Source: an uncultured Gammaproteobacteria bacterium
GTDB taxonomy: Bacteria > Pseudomonadota > Gammaproteobacteria > CAWCPV01
DNA length: 64,000 nt
Assembly: GCA_963797555.1 (NCBI GenBank)
Contig: CAWCPV010000003.1
Span: 32,001-96,000, forward strand
Reading direction: 5' to 3'
A program made the position numbers and the translations under genes. Under the pieces are notes generated by a model, which worked only from the letters and a program-made list of their open reading frames with translations, did not search any database and had not been told where the DNA came from. Each line of letters opens with the position of its first letter. The stretch's first letter is position 1. Of the stretch, positions 27,974 through 38,728 are shown piece after piece.

Positions 27974-29181
27974 TCATGGCCACCAGCGGCCCACATCCCC
28001 AACGGCGTGCGCGACCTCTACCAGTGCCTCTGTGCCGCCCATGCCGGCAATAACCGGTGCGCTTGGAACCAAGACTTGCAGCATTTCATAACGCGATCCG
28101 AGCATGGCAGCCGCCACCAGGCCACTCCAGCGGAAGTGCAGCATTTGGCGCGGCAGCTCCACAAACCCGGCAAAGCAGGACAGGGCCTTGGCTCGCAAAT
28201 TCTGATCCCCGATGCCCCGCGCCACCCCTAAGGCTTGCCCGAGCAGCGGCTCGGGCAGGTGCGGCAACAGATCCGCCAGGACCCCGGCCCGCTCGGACTC
28301 ACTCCCGATGCGCCGCATCGCCTCCAGGGTTTCGGCCAGAACCGAGGCGCGCAGCGACTCTGACAGGTACGGGCGCCAGTCGGCCGAGGGCCTCGGCACG
28401 CTCATACCCATCCCCGATAATGCCGCGCGCGCTCGCTGAAGAGCGGCTCCAGGCGCGCAACCTCGCGCGGCACGTCGACGTTGAGGGCGACCGGGACCGG
28501 GCGCTGGGTGGCGACGACGTAGACGCCCTGGGGCAGGCCGCGCGGCAGCGCGAGTACGTTCTCCCCGCTTTCGGCGGGCAGCTCGTCGAGCGCGTCCACC
28601 GCCAGGACGATGGGCTCGTCCGCGCGCTTGGCGTCGCGTTTCGCCGCAGCCTGCTGGAGCGGCCGGCTCAGGTAATTCGGCTGGCCGGCGTGCTGCGGAA
28701 GCGCCGCCACCTCGGACTCGAGCAGCCACGCCCGCAGGAGCTGGGCGGCGAGGCTGCGGCGGGCGGTGGCCGGGTCGTGGCCGCCGGGGAGCTCCGGGAA
28801 GTGGTGCACGTAGGCGCGCTCGCGCACCAGGTGCGCCAGGTAGGCGGTCTTTCCCAGCCCGGCGGGCGCCTCGATGACGAAGTAGCCGCGGTCATGGGTG
28901 CGCAGAAAGGCATCCAGGCGCTCCGTGAGCCAGCCCCGCCCGGCGAAGCGCTCCAGGTGCACGCGCTCGAACACCTGGGCCGGCGAAAGATAAGCGTCGA
29001 GCAAGGGCTGGTCCGGGCCGACGAACACCTGCTCCGCGCTGATCAGCAAACTGTTGACGACGTTGCCGCCGACCTGGATGCGCCGGTCGTGGATGATGCT
29101 GTGGTCGCCCTGGACGATGTTGCCGAGGTTGTCCCCGTGCACGTCGGCCCGTCGGTCAGGGCTTTGCGGTTTGCGGAACAT
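27974..29181 (-). pseudogene. STAND NTPase with helical-repeat C-terminus, internally deleted
   Basis: FAGRGWL, Walker A APAGLGKT, Walker B AVDALDE, then an abrupt jump to ERAGVLADLLPHLPEPLLGQAL repeats ending RWWP. Confidence 0.7.
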
Positions 29182-29191
29182 CGGCTCGGCG

Positions 29192-30539
29192 CTATTCCTT
29201 GGCCTGGTCCCGGCGCCCGTCGCGGGACACGCGCACGCCGTCGCCGCTGATCAGCGTGCTGCCAGTGACGTCGCCCCCGACCTGGATGCGACGGTCGTGG
29301 ATGATGCTGTGATCGTCCTGGACGTTGTCGCCCTCCACGTGGACGTGGCGGCTCTGTCGGGGCTCGCGACGGCGCCGGAGCCAACTCCTTCCGAGCCAGC
29401 CCAGACCGCCCAGCAGGAGGGCGGTGCCGATACCCGAGAACAGTGCCTCCCAGTGGGCGCCGACCCAGCGGCGCAGCGATGCCCATGCCCCCTGCCCGTC
29501 AGGAGTGGATGCGCTCGGCCCGGTCGGGTTCTCTCGCACTGCGATCGCGGTGGACGAGGCTCCCGCGCCGATGGTCTGGACTGGCGTACCGATCAATACC
29601 TCCCGCTGCGGACCGCTTGTCGCGCAGCGCTTGCCCGCTTCCGCCGCCGATGTCTCCTTCAGCTTGAACACGAAATCTCCGCGGGACAGCTCGTAATCCT
29701 TGATGGTGCCGAACTGCGGCGTCTGAGCTTCATGCTCAGACACGGTATTGCGGAGGTAGAGCCCGAGTCTCCATACCGGTGACGTAACCGTCGCAGTCCA
29801 GGTCCCCCTTTCCGAAGCGCAGCGCGTCCACGAAGGCCGGCGCGAAGACGCTGCGCGCCGGCACGGTCTCATTGGCGCTGCCGGCGGTGATGAATTCCCG
29901 CACCGGCTCGGCCGTGATACGCGCGATGTGCGGGGGCTGCTTCGGCAGCTCACGCGCCTGGAAGACCATCCCGGAGAAACAGCTATCGAACAGGAACAGG
30001 TCGTGCTTGGCCTCGATCTCCCGCGCCCAGAGCAGCACCTGCTCCATACTCACGGCCTTTGCCTTGAAGCCGTTGGGGTCCGCGTCGGGGCTGGGCGCGT
30101 CCACGGGGACGATATAGCCCATCTCGATCCCGTCCTCGCGCTTCAGCGTGTAGCCATGACCGGCGAAGAAGAACACCAGCCGGTTGTCGTACACCCGCCC
30201 GTAGCGGTCGATGAAGTCCACGAAGGCCGCGCGGAGCTGCTGCGCGCTGGCGTCGAGGAGCTTGACGACCTGGAAGCCCTGCCCCTTCAGGGTCGCTTCG
30301 ACCTGGTCCAGCTCACCCGGCACGCTCTCCAGGTCCGGCCAGCCCCCCCTGTAGTCGCTCTCGCCGACGAGCAGCGCGTGACTCTCCCGGTAGAGGCCGA
30401 CCTGTTGCCCGCTCGGGTCCGTCACCACGACCACGCCGCGCTGGAGGTCATCGGCGCCCGGCAGGGCACCGAACCAGAGGACGGCGAGCACGGCGAGGAT
30501 GCTCCCTCCCTTGCGAGCGCGTGCTCTCCGGTTATTCAT
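29192..30539 (-). CDS. Signal peptide + caspase-like C14 peptidase + TM + cytoplasmic Gly-rich motif tail (1 frameshift near 29770)
   Basis: FFAGHG/FDSCFSG dyad; DCDGYVTG; QTPQFG; TM LFSGIGTALLLGGLGWLG followed by RRRR. Confidence 0.85.
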
Positions 30540-31009
30540 GACTCCCCCCGGCATCGGCCGGCTGCCAATGCGCGAGCCTGGACCGCTGTTCCAGCCAGAT
30601 ATCGGCCTCGCTCGCCCAATCGAAGGCGCGGGTCGGTCGGGGCGATGCGGGAACGACGGCCGCCCGACCACCAGTCCTGGCTTGCGTCGCGGACGCAGAG
30701 GTGACGATGCTTAGCCTCTTCCGCTGAGGTGCTCGCGAAGGCTCGCGAACCTGTCCACCCGCCCAAGACCCGATCCTCGTCCTGCGGAGCGGAGTGGTCA
30801 AGACTGACAGCGCTCATAAGCGACCCGCCGGGGGGTCCGTTTGGCGCGCGCGGTTTATCGGTGCGACCGAGCAGCCTCGGACCGACCACGGACCGTCGGG
30901 CTTCGGGGCTCCGTGCACCCTCAAGGAGTGGGTGTTAGACTCGCCGGTGATGGGAACCCAGTTCCAAAGGCGCTCGGCCGAAAGGGCGACACTCAAGGGG
31001 AGGAAGGGC

Positions 31010-31387
31010 GTGCAAGAATTCCTGAACTCGAAGTCGATGCTCACTCCCGGAGCCGCTGGCGCGACCACGACGCTCATCACGGGCACGCTGGTCAGCCAGT
31101 TCGGGCTGCCCGGCAACTGGACCGGGCTCGCGACCAGTTTCCTCATCGGGCTCATCGTCTGGGCGGACAAGAGCCTGCCCGTTGTCCAGCGCCTCTTCGT
31201 TTATGTGGTCAGCTCCATGGTCATCTTCTCGGTCGCGATCGGGCTCAACGAGGCGGGCCGGGCGGCGACCCAGCCGAAGCAGCCGCCGGGGTATCAGACG
31301 AGGGAGGTCCCGAGGGAAGCCCCTCCCCAGAAGGAGGCGAAGCCGTTCTTCCAGAGCTGGTTCCAGCGCCAAGGTGAGACTCGCTAG
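31010..31387 (+). CDS. Small 3-TM membrane protein
   Basis: EFLNSKSMLTPGAAGA... with three hydrophobic segments; start codon uncertain. Confidence 0.6.
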   Translation: MQEFLNSKSMLTPGAAGATTTLITGTLVSQFGLPGNWTGLATSFLIGLIVWADKSLPVVQRLFVYVVSSMVIFSVAIGLNEAGRAATQPKQPPGYQTREVPREAPPQKEAKPFFQSWFQRQGETR

Positions 31388-31419
31388 GAAAGTTCTGCCG
31401 AGGGTTGCCGGGTGACGGC

Positions 31420-34204
31420 ATGACCAAGCTCCCCTGTTGGGCGGCCCGCACGTCGGCATCCCTGCTATTCATGCTGCTGCTCTCGGTTGGCGGGTTCGCG
31501 TGCCACGGCCCCCCGTCCGGGGACGAGGACATCTCACTCGCGAACTGCCCCCTCGGACCGGCGGTGGAAACCGCTGGGCACCAACGTCTCGCCCTCATCG
31601 TCGGCGTGGGGGATTATCGGAGCGAGCGGGTACCGGACCTCGCCGGGCCGCCCAACGACGCGCGGCGCATCTACGAGCTGCTCACCGGAAAGGGTGGCTA
31701 CGGCTTTCCGAAGCAGAACGTCTGCTTGCTGCTCGACGCCGAGGCGACCACCCGGCGTTTCCGGAAGGTGTTCGAGAAGGCGCTGGTGGACCGGGCGCAA
31801 CCAGACGACGTGGCGGTGTTCTACTTCGCGGGGCATGGCTCGCAGACACGCGACAGAAACGGGGACGAGCCGGACGAGTGGGACGAGACCTTCCTGTTCC
31901 ACGACGCGCGCACTCCGGGCGTCCATGACCTGGTGGACGACGAGCTGAACCGGATGCTCGCGCACCTGCACCACAAGACCCATCACATCGCGGTCATCCT
32001 CGACTCCTGCAACTCGGGCACGGCGACGCGGGCCCCGGAGGCAGGCACCTTCGTCGCCCGCTATCAGCCGCCGGAAGAGGAGACTCGGGAGGCCGCGGCG
32101 CAGGCGCCAGCGGGGGGAGACGGTCGTGCAGGCTGGCTCCCGGAGGCGATGCCCGGGCTGGTGGCGTTCACTGCCGCCAGCGACGGGACGCCCGCACTGG
32201 AGAATGCCGGTCGCGGGATCTTCACCGACGCGCTGCTCCGCGTACTGTCCGGCGCGGGCGACAAGCCCATGACTTACGCGCAGGCCGCGCGCCAGACGGC
32301 GCCCCTGGTGGCTGCCAACAGCTACCAGATTCCCTACTTCCAGGGCGATCTGACGGCAGTGGTGTTCGGCAACGAGACGCGGGCCCGGCCGGCGGCGTGG
32401 GAGGTCATCCGGGTCGGGCCGCCGCTGGAGCTGGGCGGGCCTCCGACGCCCGGTATCGGCAAAGGCGCCGAGCTGCGGATTTACGACGGGGCCGTGACTG
32501 GGGCGGACACCCGGGACCCCGCCAAGGCGAAGGCCACCGTCGTGGTCACCGAACGGCCGCCCGGACTGAACGCCGAGGCCCAGGTGTCGGCGGCGAGGCC
32601 GGATGCGCCGGCCATCGTCCCTGGAGACCTCGGGGTCCTGGTGCGCCCGGCCGACGAGGTCCTCAAGCTGGTGGTCCGCCTGCGCCCGGCCGGCGAGCCG
32701 GGCGGGATCGCTACCGAGCGGGCTGCGCACCTGCGGGCCAAGGTTGCTGCGGACCCGGAGGCCGACATGCTGGTGACCCTCACCGAAGGCCCGGGCGACT
32801 TCGAGCTGAGCGTGGACTCGGACGGGCGCCTGGTGCTGCGCGGCCCGGAGAACGCGGTCCGCGATGTCTACGCCGGCGACGACGCGGTACCGACCAACCT
32901 GTGGCAGCACGCGCGGCGGCGGGCGCTGCTGCAGCTCCGCGGGGAAGGCGGCTCGGCATACACCGACGACCAGACGCTGCTGGTCCGGCTGGTGCCGGCG
33001 CGCCGGCAGAATTCCTGCGCCCGTGGAATCTGGGACCCCGCGAAGCCAAACAGCGAGCAGGTCATCCCTCTGTGCCATGCCTGGAACGTCGAGGTGGAGC
33101 TGTCGCGCGCGTCGCCCACTCCGCTGCTGGTGGGCGGCGTGGTGCTGTCCACGGACGGGAGCCTGTTCGGGTTTCCCTTCGACGGCCGAAAAGTCCTGTT
33201 GAAGCCGGGCGAGAAGACCGTGTTCGAAGCGGAGCAGGAAACCTTCATGGCAACACTCCCCCTGGAGGTGCAGGACCGGGTCATGATGTTCGGCACGCGC
33301 GAGACCAATCCGGTCGCCTGGCACCTGCTCACGGAGACCGCCAGGACCCGCGACCTCGGGCCCCCGAAGGTCGGGCTCTACGGGGCGCTCGACCGTTATC
33401 TGCGCGGGAGCCGCGGAGTCGGCCGGGCGGAACAGGTCGTGGAGGACAGTACCTGGACGCTCAGCACGGTCACCATGCGGGTGTCGGCCAACGCACGCTT
33501 CCTTCCCTCCGAGGAGGCGCCGGGCCAGCCCATCCGGAGCCGTGAATATACCATCCCGAGCTTCGACATCCGACCGTACTTGCCCGACGATCAGACGACC
33601 GCCCTGTACAAGGTGCTGCGCGAGGCGGACTGGCTCGCCCACGCCTCGGTGCGCGACGGCTTCAGCTACAAGCAGCACCCCTGGACGCAGCCCACCGACG
33701 AGCAGAACCTCCGCCTCGGCATCGACTGCTCCCGGGCCATCTGGTTCGCCTTCACGCGGGCCGGGCTGCCGTACAACAAGACGGACAGCTACCTGAGCAC
33801 CGCCCAGATGGTCTCGGCGCAAAGCCCCATGGCCGATGGCTTCCAGGGTTGCTCCGACGATCCCAACCTGCGCCTCGGGGACATCCTCGTTTACCGGGAT
33901 GACCGCCGCGGCGACGGCCATGTGGTGATGGTCATCGACCCGGTCAAGCGCATCGCCTGGGGTTCCCACGGCTGGGACGGCAATGCCAAGGAGACTCAAA
34001 GTAGAGCCCGACACCGGCGTGGAGTACCAGCTCATCAAATACAAGCAGGACTGGGAACGCTGGGACCGGCCGAACATGAAGCGCAAGGCCTGCTGGCGTT
34101 ATCGGACGTTCGTCGACGAGCGGGCGACCGCTCGCGGCGAGCCGGGCCTAAGGGCGCTGGGCGGCATGTGCGAGCCCGCGAAGGGCTGCGGGCGGATGGA
34201 GTGA
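31420..34204 (+). CDS. Lipoprotein: caspase-like C14 peptidase + C-terminal NlpC/P60-like domain (frameshift near 33990)
   Basis: GFAC lipobox; ALIVGV, YFAGHG, LDSCNSG; C-terminal GIDCS...GDILVY...GHVVMV. Confidence 0.82.
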
Positions 34205-34331
34205 GCCGAAGTTTCTTTCCGGCTCATTGACAGGCCGTCCCGCGGATTCGTCTTTTCGGCCGGGCCGCCGGGACCCCCAATCGCACGGGGTCCCGCTCCG
34301 CGCGCCTTCAGCGCAAACGGCAGGACGCGAT

Positions 34332-37300
34332 TCACAGCCAGTTCCCCATCAGGATGAACGGCGCCCAGTAATAGGGGTGGGCATAGGGCTTCGCCGGGTC
34401 GGACAGGTAGGGCGGCGCCTGCGCGCTCGACGGGCTGCAGGTGCCGACCCGCAGCACTTGCCCGCGGGCGCCTGTCGCCTCCCTGTCCGAGGACGGCACC
34501 CTCACCTCCCCCTGCAGCAGCTCGATCTGGGCGCGGCGCAGGGCTTCGGCCTTGTTCAGCCGCTCACCCTCGCGCAGCGCGTACATGCGCTGCATCAATG
34601 CCGCGGTGGTCTGGTCCGCCACCGGCCAGAGCGTCGCGAGCACCCCCTTGGTGCCCTTCTTCTCCGCAGTGACTGCCAGTCCCTCGACCTCCCGGCCCTG
34701 TCCACTGCCGACCGCTGTCTCGCAGGCGGACAGCGTCAGCAGATCCACATTCTGGAAGTCGTAGCGGCCGATGCGGATCTGCGCTAGGGTCAAGGCGCCG
34801 CCGTCGCCCAGCAGCAGGAAGGAATCCGCCTCGGTCGGGCCGATCCGGAAGTGGCTCGCGATGTGCACCACGGGGTAGCGGGGGGAAAGGGCGCGGCGCA
34901 GCTCCTGCTGGGTGAAATCCTGGTCGAGATGGATCGCGCCATCGAGCACACCGCCCGAGCGCCCCTGCTCCTTGACGATGCCCTCCAGCTCCGCTCTCGC
35001 GCCGGGAAGCGCTGGAAAGTCCCGCAGGGCCTGGGTGACGCCGAAACCGGCGACCTTCCAGGCAGCCTTGGGCGAATCCTTGAGCCGGTCGGCCGCGGGC
35101 TCGATGTAGACGGCCACGGCGTAGCGCTCGGCCAAATACTGGCGGCCGTCGTAAAGGGCGGCGAGCGGCACATAGCGCAGTACGCCATCCAACGAAACCA
35201 TGAGGGTCTTAGCGTGGGCCTGTTTCAGGTCTTCGGCGACCGGAGCAATCAACAGGTCGTACAGCGCCTTTGCAAGCGGGCGCGGATCGAGGCTGGGGCT
35301 GCGCAGGGCCTCCAGGAGCCGACAGGTGAGAGGGTTGATCTCTCCCTCACCGGCCGGAAGCCTGTAAGGCTTCTGCACGTCCGCCGTGGTAAGCAGAATG
35401 CGCAGCCCGTCTGGGAGTAGGATGTACTGCAAGAGCACCGTGCCGGGGCCCAGGTCGCCGACCATGCCCATGCGCCCGGTGTCGAACTGGCGCTGCGCCA
35501 GTTCTTCGCCGCGCGCCTTGTCGAGCCGCTCGAAGGCGGCCTTCAGCTCGTCCAGCATGGCGTTGAAGGCCTGGCTGGCGACATCGAGATCCTCATCGAG
35601 CTTCGCAGAATCCTTTCGATCCTGGGCGCTGAGTGCGGCGTCGCCCTTGTTCATGAGCCGTCGCCGCTTCTCACCGAAGCTCACGAGCTGGCGGGCAATC
35701 GCTTGGTAGCGCTCGTTCCAGGGTTGCTCAGGGGCATCGTAGCCCACGCGGGTCTTGCGGGCATCCGCGCCCCGGCGCACGAAGTCGAAGTACTCCTCCT
35801 CCTTCAACATCCCCATTACCTGCTGCGCCTCCAACAGCCGGCCCTGCTCAATCAACAGGTCGATCAGGCGGCGGTACACTCCCATCTTGTCTTCGAGAAA
35901 GGAACGCTGCAGCGCTGGGTCCATTTCCGCGATGTTGCTCCGCACCGACTGGATGGTGTTCACCGCCTGTTTTCCGAAGAAGATGGCGAGCAGTGGCTTG
36001 GACAACGCGGCATAGGCTTGACTGAGGCCGTCCATGGCGCGCCACAGCACTTCGGGCCGCCCAATCTCGGTCTCGAATAGCAAGGCACGCTGGAACTGCT
36101 CGACGGCCTGGTCGTAGCGCCCAGTGTCGAGATACACGAGCCCCAGGTCGTAATGGGAGGCGCTCTCGCCGGGGCGGTCGCCGATGGCCTCCTTGATGCG
36201 GAGCGATCGGGAAAGGTACTCGATGGCCTTCCCGGTGTCCCCCTGTTTCCGATAGAGTTCGCCGATGTTGTTGAGCCCGCGCGCTTCTCCGGCGCGGTCG
36301 GGGAGGGTTCGCTTCGCATCCACAGACCGTTGGTAGTAATCGAGCGCCTTCCGATAGTCGCCGAGCGCTCGGTGGATGGCGCCGATATTGTTCAGATTGT
36401 TCGCCTCCCGGTGCCGGTCACCGATCTTCCGCGCTATCGCGAGCGAGCGCTCGCAGTAGTCGAGCGCCCGGCGGAAATCTCCCAGATCTTGGTAGAGCAG
36501 GCAGATGTTCCCGAGGACTCGGCCCTCTCCGCCCAGATCGCCGATGGATTGCTTGAGGGCCAGCGACTGCTCGTAATGCTGAAGAGCCTGGCTGTACTCT
36601 GCGCGGAGCCGGTACAGGCCCCCCAGGTCGTTCAGGGTCTTCGCCTCGCCGGCCCGATCTCCGGCGGAACGGGCGAGCTTCAGCGAGTCCTGGTAGTCGG
36701 CGAGGGCTTGATCGAGGTGGCCGAGGGCCTGGTCGACGGCGCCGAGGTTGCGCAGCCCCTCGCTTTCCACCGCAGGGTCACCGATGCCGCGGCCGATGGC
36801 CCGCCCATCGTGAATCACCTCCAGCGCCTGCGGGTACTGCCCAATGCGCCGGTAGATCAGCCCGAGGTGGACCAGCGCACTCGCCTCCAGAGGCCGATCC
36901 CCGAGGACACGGGCGATGTTCAGCCCCTCCCGGGCGCGCGACAGGGCCTGGCTATAGCGGCCGGAGCCCTCTTCCGCGCGCGAGAGGTCGATGAGAACTT
37001 TCGCTTCGGCTGCCTCGCGCCTGTTCCCGCGCGCGAGGTCGAGACCCTTCCGGGAGAGGGATTCCGCCGCCTGGAAGTCCCCCCGTCGCAGGGCCTCTTC
37101 GGCCTGTGCCTGCATCTGCCCCAGTTGGCTGTCGACGGAACGGACCGAAGTCGCGGCACAGCCCGTCAAGATAGCGAGCAGGAACCCCCACCGGGCCAGG
37201 GTCAAAAGACGGCAGAACGTCGGGCGCAAAGCGGTGGGCGCCAGTCCCGGCGATGGCTCCTGTCCGGCCCGCTCTTCCAACGGTCGGGCCATCATGGTCG

Positions 37301-37346
37301 ACGCGGTCGGCACCGGACGGCCGCGCTTGACAGTCGGGAAAAGCAT
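34332..37346 (-). CDS. TPR-repeat + CHAT domain protein, probable lipoprotein
   Basis: LTGC lipobox; repeated A..LNNIG..Y...GDY..AL..Y..S; VHIASH, LSACET, HPYYWAPFILMGNW; true start probably downstream of 37346. Confidence 0.9.
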   Translation of the reverse strand: MLFPTVKRGRPVPTASTMMARPLEERAGQEPSPGLAPTALRPTFCRLLTLARWGFLLAILTGCAATSVRSVDSQLGQMQAQAEEALRRGDFQAAESLSRKGLDLARGNRREAAEAKVLIDLSRAEEGSGRYSQALSRAREGLNIARVLGDRPLEASALVHLGLIYRRIGQYPQALEVIHDGRAIGRGIGDPAVESEGLRNLGAVDQALGHLDQALADYQDSLKLARSAGDRAGEAKTLNDLGGLYRLRAEYSQALQHYEQSLALKQSIGDLGGEGRVLGNICLLYQDLGDFRRALDYCERSLAIARKIGDRHREANNLNNIGAIHRALGDYRKALDYYQRSVDAKRTLPDRAGEARGLNNIGELYRKQGDTGKAIEYLSRSLRIKEAIGDRPGESASHYDLGLVYLDTGRYDQAVEQFQRALLFETEIGRPEVLWRAMDGLSQAYAALSKPLLAIFFGKQAVNTIQSVRSNIAEMDPALQRSFLEDKMGVYRRLIDLLIEQGRLLEAQQVMGMLKEEEYFDFVRRGADARKTRVGYDAPEQPWNERYQAIARQLVSFGEKRRRLMNKGDAALSAQDRKDSAKLDEDLDVASQAFNAMLDELKAAFERLDKARGEELAQRQFDTGRMGMVGDLGPGTVLLQYILLPDGLRILLTTADVQKPYRLPAGEGEINPLTCRLLEALRSPSLDPRPLAKALYDLLIAPVAEDLKQAHAKTLMVSLDGVLRYVPLAALYDGRQYLAERYAVAVYIEPAADRLKDSPKAAWKVAGFGVTQALRDFPALPGARAELEGIVKEQGRSGGVLDGAIHLDQDFTQQELRRALSPRYPVVHIASHFRIGPTEADSFLLLGDGGALTLAQIRIGRYDFQNVDLLTLSACETAVGSGQGREVEGLAVTAEKKGTKGVLATLWPVADQTTAALMQRMYALREGERLNKAEALRRAQIELLQGEVRVPSSDREATGARGQVLRVGTCSPSSAQAPPYLSDPAKPYAHPYYWAPFILMGNWL

Positions 37347-37493
37347 ACCTATAGCTTAGGCCATCGGACCGCGTGGGCACGCCGGGGACACAGCCGGGCA
37401 CAAACCGCTCGAGGACTTGCAGGTTCACCAGGCGCGCGCATCGCCGAGGGCTGTCCTGGGCACGCAAAAAGCGCGCGCAATGGAGACGCGTCC

Positions 37494-38624
37494 ATGATGA
37501 TTGCAAATACCCTCACAGCCGCTCTCCAACTGACATTCCTATCTTTGGTCCTGAGCGCGTGCGGCCCCATCCCACAGGACGGGATACCCGGGGGCGGCAC
37601 CGGCCCCACAGACGGCGGCTTGGTGGAGCTGGACGAGAACACCGATCCGCGCTTGGTTCACTCCGGGGCCATGGGAATCATCGGCACGCTACGCACCGAC
37701 GGCGAGAACGTGTTCCTGAACGGAGAACGGGTTACCGGCCCGGCTCGGGTTCCCAACAACGCGCACCTGCGCACCGGGACGAGAAGCGGAGCCCGCGTGG
37801 ACTTTAGGGGCGACGGGTACGGGTGCCGCATTGGCGTCGTCGACCTCCACATGGGCAATCTGTACGGCGAGACCGTCGGCTGTCAGCACCAGGTGGAGAC
37901 ACCCCAGGGGGCGGGCCGTTCCGGCCTGGAAAGGACCGTCTACAGCGTGCGGATGCTCGGGCAGCGGACGGAGCTGACCGTTTTCACAGGCAGCGCAGAG
38001 GCATGGATCTGGCGCGACCCGCAGCATCGGGTTCCGGTGCGTGCGTACCAGGAGGTCATCCTGAGTGCGACCGGCATCATCGGCCCGCGGCCGGTCTCTG
38101 GTCTGGAGGCCCGACAGCGGATCGCCTGGCGAAGCCGTTTCGACTTTTCCGGGGCCTCCCGGAAGCAGGGCTACTGCGAGCGATACGCGCGGACCGCGGT
38201 GGAGCAGAACCAGCAGAACCTCGAACGCAGGTGCGGGTTCACCGGCATCCGCTGGCAATCCGACTTGCGTCGCCACTTCGAATGGTGCATGGCAGGTGAC
38301 AACGCTCGCGTCGCTCCTAGAGAGACCGAGGCGCGGGAGCGACAGCTCAGCCAGTGCGGCCGTGGAGCGGGCGCAGACCAGCGGGGGGAGGCGTTCTGCC
38401 GTCGCTACGCACAGACTGCCGCCGAGGAGAACCAGCAGAACCTCGAACACAGGTGCGGGTTCACCGGCATCCGCTGGCAATCCAACTTCTCGAACCACTT
38501 CGAGTGGTGCATGAGCGGCAACAACTGGCGTCTCTATGCCGGCAGAGAACAAGAAGCGCGCGCGGCAGAGCTGAAGGGGTGCCGAGCCGAGTCCAGGCAT
38601 TCGGTTCAGGCCACCGCGCGATAG
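37494..38624 (+). CDS. Lipoprotein with FecR-like domain and two Cys-rich repeats
   Basis: LSAC lipobox; LRTG..S.ARV, TELTVFTG; 2x C.RYA.TA.E.NQQNLE.RCGFTGIRWQS...HFEWCM. Confidence 0.65.
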   Translation: MMIANTLTAALQLTFLSLVLSACGPIPQDGIPGGGTGPTDGGLVELDENTDPRLVHSGAMGIIGTLRTDGENVFLNGERVTGPARVPNNAHLRTGTRSGARVDFRGDGYGCRIGVVDLHMGNLYGETVGCQHQVETPQGAGRSGLERTVYSVRMLGQRTELTVFTGSAEAWIWRDPQHRVPVRAYQEVILSATGIIGPRPVSGLEARQRIAWRSRFDFSGASRKQGYCERYARTAVEQNQQNLERRCGFTGIRWQSDLRRHFEWCMAGDNARVAPRETEARERQLSQCGRGAGADQRGEAFCRRYAQTAAEENQQNLEHRCGFTGIRWQSNFSNHFEWCMSGNNWRLYAGREQEARAAELKGCRAESRHSVQATAR

Positions 38625-38728
38625 GTTACGGCCCCCTGAACCCGCACCCGAACCGCCCCCGGAAATTCGTTGAGGGCGCTGCGCTTCGGTCGGCGAGGGA
38701 CGAGATCTGGGGAGGTCTGCGGTCCTGC

